A stretch of DNA of 40,708 nucleotides from Nemertoderma westbladi (lineage: Eukaryota; Animalia; Xenacoelomorpha): the NCBI GenBank assembly GCA_032718475.1, contig JAUCBJ010007956.1, forward strand, positions 1-40,708, given 5' to 3'. The notes under the pieces are model-generated. The model searched no databases. It worked only from the letters and a program-made list of their open reading frames with translations, and was not told the origin of the DNA. Positions 33,640 to 40,708 of the stretch are shown piece by piece. Within the stretch, counting starts at the first letter, position 1, and each line of letters starts with the position of its first letter. The translations under genes and the position numbers were made by a program.

Positions 33640-36600
33640 TACCCGCTCCCGTAAATAATGAGTTAATAGAATCCGTGTAGGTCTACTGGATCTGGGAGGT
33701 GGTTGTCGGGATAGTCTCTTGTCTACCGTAGTTACCGGATAACTATCGGTCCCTCTCTAGCAGACACAGACGACCAATTGGGCGGTTGAGTTGCTGCGAC
33801 TCAAATACGTTTATGTCTCATGGCTATGAGTTCTACTGATCTTACTAAACCGTTGTCTGAAAGATGGGTCTCGAAAATATGACTGATTTGCCATTTCTTA
33901 CGTGGGAGGTCTGAGTCTACAATTAATACCATGAGCGAACCACTTAGTTCTAAGCTGCAGCGTGGGAAGATAATATCATTCGAAATGCGTCGCAAACGGA
34001 GTAGACAACAACTGTATCATTTGCCAGGTCTGATTTTAAGATATTCATCCCCTGGCTCGGGTGTAGACACGGGAAGCATGACCATAGGTTTCTTCAGCAA
34101 GAAGTGCGCTGGTGTTAATGCCTCTAGGGATTCCGGGTCGGACGATACTGGCATCAACGGTCGCTCATTGAGATAGGCGGCGATTTCCATAAAAGTGCGC
34201 AGGAGTTCGTTGGTGAGATACACGCGGCATGGCACTACAAAGTGAAACGCGGTCTTCACACTACGTATGAGTCTGTAACAACTACCTCCCCACCAAGGAA
34301 TGTCTGCTGAATCAAACGTCCAGCTAGAAGCTGTTACTTGCAGCTGATCATCCACCGGTCATTAGTTCCAGTCTTCCACATGATCAGTTATGTCTGTAGG
34401 TGTGTAAAGGCCATGGATCTGCAGGTCGCTTCTCTAAGATCTCTAATGCCTCATGAGTGTTTTGTCCTACCAGTAGTTGAACTCCATGATAATCTACCAT
34501 AAATCGAGGTACTTTATACTTACGGGCAAAGTTGTCATCATCCCAATCATATAATTCAGCTTGACTGGTCGCAAAGTTTTTGATGGCTACAAGTTTTACT
34601 CGCTTAATACTGTTCTTACCATCCTGATCTTGAGGGGAAGATAGTGAAACCATATAATAGTCCGTCTCTATGGTGGACTTCCAAACCTGCATTATTCCTG
34701 AGAGGTTAAGTCTTGTACAAAATCTCTGTTCCCCAGCAAACTGATCTTCAGTTAGGTCTTTGTCTATAAAGGTGTCTGTACTACCTGAATCAAGGAGTGT
34801 GTTTACTACTAAACTCTTACCTTGACCATGTATCCTGAGCTGCACCACTGGAAATTCTCGGATGCCATTTTCATACTGGGAAACCTTCAAGGTGGCTTGG
34901 GTATCCTAATGGCTATGGTGTGTTGCCTCCATATCATCCGACGTGGCTTCATGCATAAGAGCATGATCAATGGTGCAATGTATCATATTACATGAAACAT
35001 CATTGTCGGTGAACTCATAGGTAAAAAAGTTAATCATTTCTAAATTAGTGTCAGTGTCATATACGTCACTAAACTGAATGTGTACTTCTGGCTCTGAGAA
35101 CTTGTCATCGTCATAATGAAGCAAAAAGTGATGTTTACACCTACACTTAGAAGACTTCATGTCAGAGTAACACTTGCGTCATTGTTGTCCAGGTTGTAAA
35201 CAATTATAACACTTGTTTTGGGATTTAGAAGTCTCTACTCCTTTCTTGAATGATATCTGTCTATTTTATTTTATTTAATTTTAGTTTTTGTCAATTTTGA
35301 AACTTTCAATTGAATTGAATTAGGAACTAGGTGTCTTACTATGTTCTCCCTTTGACTTACCTGTTGGTTTGGCCTTTCCATGATTCTGCGAAAAGTATAC
35401 TTCTGCCGTATCTCTGTCAGTGTTCTCCTCTAAAGAAGTTTGACTGTCATAATCTGTATAGCACACTGGTGTGGACCGACGTCTTATTAGAGGATTTTCA
35501 CTAACCTTATGTTCCGGGTTCTTTTCCTTGACCTATCTGATCAGCTGTAACCTGACTTCAGTGGCCCTTCCAAACATTCTAGGAGAAATCGAAGTTTTTC
35601 ACAATTAGATAAAACTGAGTATCTTTATAATATTCGCTAAATGGTAACCACTTCATGAAAACTGAAGTGAGTCTGAAACCGATTGTTGCGCTTCTGTTCG
35701 AGCCATCTGTCGAGTTAAACTCTCTTGCGCTATTGTGTTGTTAAACAGGGGATATTTTGAACATAGAACAGTGTGGGTATTTGGTGAAAGGCTATATGTG
35801 TGTTGTTTATAGAAGACTCCATATTCTCGCCCCTATATATATGCAGTTGCTCTACACCTCGAGCATTATTAGATATATTCCAAGGTGGTTTCAATATAGT
35901 TACAGGAGAAGGTATAACTTTCTGTATATTGACTAGCCAATCGCTATCTAAAGCAATCTACTGTTGTACTTCTTGTAGCTCTGATTTGCGTTCTCTTACT
36001 GTACCTTCTAAAGATCTTACAGTACCTTCTAAGTCTTTTAGCTGATCGACAGTTTGCTCCCTAACTTGACAGATCTCATTAATTCTCCGGCTCATCTGTT
36101 ATACTGGGCAAGCAACAGGATGGGGTATCTGCTGGCAATGCATTACCGGAAGTGGCGCTACTATTAGGGCCGTCTCAAAGTGAGGATGGAGGTAAGTTGG
36201 TGAGTTTCTATATGTCCTAAAGATTTGAAGAACCCTTGAACATATCCCGAGGCTGATCGTTTCCAGATGGTTGGGTCTTTGGTGTTCGGCGAAACACCTA
36301 GACGGTATAAATCCTTCCAAGGAGCTGCTCCCAAGTCTAAAGGTTCTCCTAAACTAGAGAGGCGACATTGTTGCTGCACCAATAACGCCATCTCATCCGC
36401 ATCATCTCCAGAGCAGTCCGTCCTGCTGAGGTTCTGGCCCTCCTCGAGCTATTTCTGCTAGATATCCCTCTATGGATTCGAAGATAGGAACCATGGATCC
36501 CTGTAAGGTTCAACTGGAACCGAGGCCGCAGCGGCTATTACATGGTGAGGATATATTTCTTCATCAGGGCAATACTCTACACTACTTTTCAGTGGTACTA

Positions 36601-36830
36601 GTTCTAGTGTACTATCTCGGGTACTAGGGTGTTTACTAGTTCTAGTGTACTATCTCGGGTACTAGGGTGTTTACTAGTTTCGCCACTGTTTTCAGTGGCG
36701 GGACGCTCAGACTGGGTCTCTCTGGAAGTGACAGCCTTCCAGCGAGTAAGGCTGTCCTCCAGATCACATTTAAATCGACGTATAATTATATGTCGAAATA
36801 ATTCCATGTCTCATTAAACACTACCTATAA
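33640..36830 (-). mobile_element. Decayed BEL/Pao LTR retrotransposon internal region lacking RT and RNase H
   Basis: Gag Cys/His remnants (CRCKHHFLLH), protease LLDSGSTDTFI, integrase PWWGG..RLIRSVK and LNERPL..LTPAHFL, C-terminal LPRKKW..DNGLVRSVEL. No LTR pair found; ends approximate. Confidence 0.85.
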
Positions 36831-37321
36831 TTATCGGTTGAAATAATTAAATATCAAGCAAAATAATTCAACAGACAACATGTTTTAAATCAACCTATAA
36901 TATTAAGCAAAATAATGCAGTTTTGAAACATTATTTAAATCGATCAATACTGTAATATCAAGCGAAATAATTAAGTTGAAAACATTATTTAAAACGACCG
37001 ATAATATCAATCGAAATAATTCAGCATGGCAAAAATCATTTAAAACGATCAATAATATCACTCGTATTCAATTATTGAATATTGATACTAAATGTTTGCC
37101 ATAACTATCTGCCTATTAACAATAGTAGCAAACAACAACACTATCTATGTATAACATGTATCTATCTATGTTTAAACAGATAGGACTAGATAGAGGCCTA
37201 GACAGTTAAATCAATAATTAAATGAACATATAAATTCAAACGGAATTTGTAATTAAATTATTATTATTCAATTATTATATACGATAATTACAGTAGTACA
37301 ATTACAACAGTATACGTACCG

Positions 37322-37541
37322 TATGTTGGCCCCGAAGGGACAACTTAAAAAATATTTAATTTCGAGTAAAAAAAAAACGACAAAAATAAGAATTTTATGA
37401 ATATTTCGTTTTTGTCGTTTTTTTTATTTGTAGTAAAATTAAAAAAAAACGACAAAAACAAGAGTTTCGTGAATGTTTTGTTTTCGTTTTTTTTTACTCG
37501 AAATGAAATATTTTTTAAGTTGTCCCTTCTGGGCCACCATA
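37322..37541. mobile_element. Palindromic MITE, unclassified
   Basis: TATGTTGGCCCCGAAGGGACAACTTAAAAAATATTT..TTTCGAGTAAAAAA and its reverse complement ending GGGCCACCATA. Confidence 0.8.
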
Positions 37542-38392
37542 GTACCGGTATACACTAACTGAAATAGTATATACATAAACCGATAATATTGGTAGGCCTA
37601 CAACAACTATTCTGATATCGGTATATAGGCTGACACAATTATATACCAATATAACAATATGCCTATGATTTAATACCTATATATCCAAATAAAGTTAATA
37701 AATCACAGCTACAGTAATACTAGATGATAGGAAGTATTAAGTATTTCCGTTACTGGCTGTCAAATACTAAACAATAGTGTTCAGTTACGATAACTGGCCT
37801 AAGTTGTAATAAGTATGATAAGCCTATGAGTTTAAATAAATCTGAGTAAGTTTAATTGATTTATTTATACCCTAAGTGGGTTTATTATGTCAATACTGAA
37901 ATAGATGATATTATTTCTGAGGGTCAGATTCTGTATAAAATGTTGCAGTTATGGTAGGGTAACACTCTTTATGGAGGGTTAATTGAGTGACACTAAATAT
38001 AGATATTGCTAATTACTAAAGTTACTTAACTTCTAAAAAAAAATACTTACATACTTAAAATTCGGATGAGATTACACAATCACTAATATAAACACAAAAC
38101 AAGTTACGAATACAACTTTTAGGGTAATTTTACAAAAGATTTAATACCCAGAAACTTGGTTTCCGTGTTAACAGGGGGAAAACAGAAGTTGGAATAATTA
38201 AATTCCAAGGAAAGTGTCAAAATCTAAACCCTTAGTTAGATACAGACACTTGTACAACATGCAACTCGCAGTTATAATTACTTGAACAGTCTTTCAAAGC
38301 CACCTGCCAGAGGGATCTGTGTATTTAGACTTACTACCTAATCGCTAAAGTGACACTGAACATACGCCAAACAGTCCTTGAGCAGGGACTGG

Positions 38393-38530
38393 GATCGAAT
38401 CGAATCGAATCGAACGAGTTTCACTGGGTCGAAATCGAATCGAAAGCTGTTTTTCCAGAAGTCGAATCGAATCGAAAAATACCGAAATCGAATCGAAAAT
38501 CGAAAGAAAATATTCGATTCGATTCGACTT
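38393..38530. mobile_element. Probable DNA-transposon end with (TCGAA)n subterminal repeats
   Basis: CAGGGACTGGG followed by ATCGAATCGA repeats in both orientations; other end not identified. Confidence 0.5.
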
Positions 38531-39330
38531 TTGAAAATTAAACAAAATCAAAGCCTAGATTAATTTAATTAATTATGTGATTTAATAGAAATAGTGTGAT
38601 TTAACTTTTTTTGTTATTTAATTTTTTTTACATATTTTATTACTAAATTCCCTATTATTTTATTATTTTTCACTCATAATAATATTCATCTAACATATAC
38701 CAAAATGTTCAGCAGCTTTATATTAAAATTTCAGAGTAGTAGTTTTATAAAATAAAATATAATAAACTTTGGGTAATGACTAATGGTCCTCTTAAACCTC
38801 AACACGGAGCAACTGTTTCCGAAACAAAAGTTGCTATGCCGTGGTTGTGAGGGTGGACGCATTGAACGAGGTGAGTGGGGCGAGCCATGGAGGTGAGAGT
38901 GGGGGATTACATTTCGCCATTATGGCGAAATGTCCAATAGAAGACACATTAGAAAAATGACCAAAGAAAATGGCGAGAGTGTTCAGTAAAATGAACGGAC
39001 ACAGACGGTGACTAAGTTTGCTTCAGTCAAATATAGTCAAGATGGATTACTGATTTATCACATCCATGCAGGAGATTATTAAGATATTAGATAATTAATA
39101 CTTTGTACCTGTTAATATATTTCACTTATATTTGATATAGTACAGATTAAAATGTATAAATGAGTATCCATAAAATCCTTTCTTCACATACAGAACGCTG
39201 ATAAGTACGATAAGTACGAAGAAGCTGAAACGTATTTGGATAAACAAAATATTCCAGATTATGATGTATTTATTAAATAGAATAAAATAGCCTCGCGCCG
39301 GTGCAAAACCATGCAACATTTGAACGCTCA

Positions 39331-39413
39331 TAGCTCAGCTATTTTTCAACTAGCGACACACATCCGGCTGATGATAATCGGAAGATTGAAACCGAGGAAC
39401 CGGGTTCGAGCCC
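39331..39413 (+). ncRNA. Degenerate hammerhead-like fold between Pol III A-box-like and B-box motifs
   Basis: TAGCTCAGCT (39331) ... ATCCGG-CTGATGA-T-AATC GGAA GATT-GAAA-CCGAGG-AA-CCGGGT-TCGAGCCC; the cleavage triplet reads GAA rather than GUH. Confidence 0.55.
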
Positions 39414-39507
39414 CAATAGTGTCGGTTGATAGTTTTCGCTATGGAGAGCATTATCATATTGTCCTGTGTATTACATTATATAATATATCTATAAAAATGT
39501 TATTTAC

Positions 39508-39681
39508 CTTTAAAGTCTCAACCTCAGTGCCAAGTAATTTCAGCGCAGGGCCGACATGGGATGGGCACCCACCTTCACAGGCCATGGTCTCGTGGGAATC
39601 ATAGCAACGGATATTTTCTCCGCTGGTGTTTGTGAACGAGGCTTGCAAGTACCGAGATATAGGAATTAATTCACATTCCTC
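39508..39681 (-). CDS. Bursicon-beta-like cystine-knot protein, exon 2 (EECELIPISRYLQASFTNTSGENIRCYDSHETMACEGGCPSHVGPALKLLGTEVETLK)
   Basis: tttag acceptor, gtaaat donor, 174 nt, phase 0 at both ends; C-x22-C-x8-CEGGC. Confidence 0.87.
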
Positions 39682-39901
39682 CTAAATAAATATATTACAA
39701 ATTAATTCGAGAGTTTGCCTAAATGGCAGGCCTTTTAATTTTGTAATTATTCTCCTGTCGAAAGCTTTTTTGGCGCTAATTTTATCATAGACCTACTTCT
39801 AGCCAAAATTACTTTATTTGGTAGGCCTACACGGGTTCTATCACTGCCCGAGACAATTTCAACCCTTGAGTGGTCGAGTCAGAAGAACTTGTTTTACTTA
39901 C

Positions 39902-39970
39902 CGTAACGTGGATAACCATGAATACCAACATTAACAACACGACGGTCATTTTTAGATATGCGAAATTCAT
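39902..39970 (-). CDS. Bursicon-beta-like protein, exon 1, signal peptide (MNFAYLKMTVVLLMLVFMVIHVT)
   Basis: ATG at 39970, 69 nt, gtaagt donor in phase 0; basic residue followed by a hydrophobic core. Confidence 0.8.
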
Positions 39971-39983
39971 ATTTTTATTGTAT

Positions 39984-40308
39984 TAATGTATCTTTGTAAT
40001 AATATATAAATATATCTACTCTATGTAATAATGTATCTTTGTAATAATATATAAATATATCTACTCTATGTAATAATGTATCTTTGTAATAATATATAAA
40101 TATATCTACTCTATGTAATAATGTATCTTTGTAATAATATATAAATATATCTACTCTATGTAATAATGTATCTTTGTAATAATATATAAATATATCTACT
40201 CTATGTAATAATGTATCTTTGTAATAATATATAAATATATCTACTCTATGTAATAATGTATCTTTGTAATAATATATAAATATATCTACTCTATGTAATA
40301 ATGTATCT
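39984..40308. repeat. 45-bp minisatellite, 7 copies plus 10 bp
   Basis: TAATGTATCTTTGTAATAATATATAAATATATCTACTCTATGTAA x7. Confidence 0.97.
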
Positions 40309-40708
40309 ATAACTTACTGTACCTAACATATAGGCCTACGTATTTTTGTTTATTATGGAATTTTATTTCAAGTCACATTTTAATACAACGTATTTCATTA
40401 TTATTTGAATTACAATTACTATATTAATAATAATATTATACTACAGCCACTACTGTAGCCAGTACAAATAAAAATTTCTGAGATTCAGTTAAAATTTTAG
40501 TAATTTCAGTCTCGACTCACGTAAAACTTTCACGATTTTGCTTTATTATTGGTGTTATGGGTGGGTTATTGCAAAAACTGTGCCCAACAAAAAGTTATAA
40601 CGATTTTGCTGAAATAGTTTTCTGGGTATCGTTCCTGATTGGGTGTATTTGGTCATCTCCCAAATGCAAACTTGATTGGCTAAACTACTCATCAAACTTT
40701 TCCCCTTA

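Noticed and set aside
32870-38200. LTR pair for the BEL element
   Set aside because: Only a ~16-bp similarity (ACCCAGA..CTTGGTTT) was seen; no long direct repeat or primer-binding site identified.

Overview
AT-rich, repeat-dense animal (probably invertebrate) genomic DNA; nothing prokaryotic. Two host genes lie tail to tail. One is the last three coding exons of CCDC65/DRC2 (+, 1012-1906). The other, not captured whole by the ORF track, is a complete three-exon gene on the minus strand (39970 to 14312) encoding a 130-aa secreted 11-cysteine cystine-knot protein most like bursicon beta. Its ~25-kb second intron holds most of the repeats, and its last exon occurs twice because of a 6217-bp tandem duplication. 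Mobile content: an intact Proto2-like LINE whose ORF2 probably needs a -1 frameshift, decayed RTE, L2 and CR1-group LINEs, an internally deleted BEL/Pao element, several MITE/foldback elements and many minisatellites. The most unusual signal is three different short elements that couple tRNA-type Pol III A/B boxes to a hammerhead ribozyme. One has an intact core and sits as a ~1.7-mer with a 414-nt period, a 12-bp TSD and an inverted end (retrozyme-like). The other two are degenerate and carry the hammerhead between the A and B boxes. All family assignments are by eye, without database searches.
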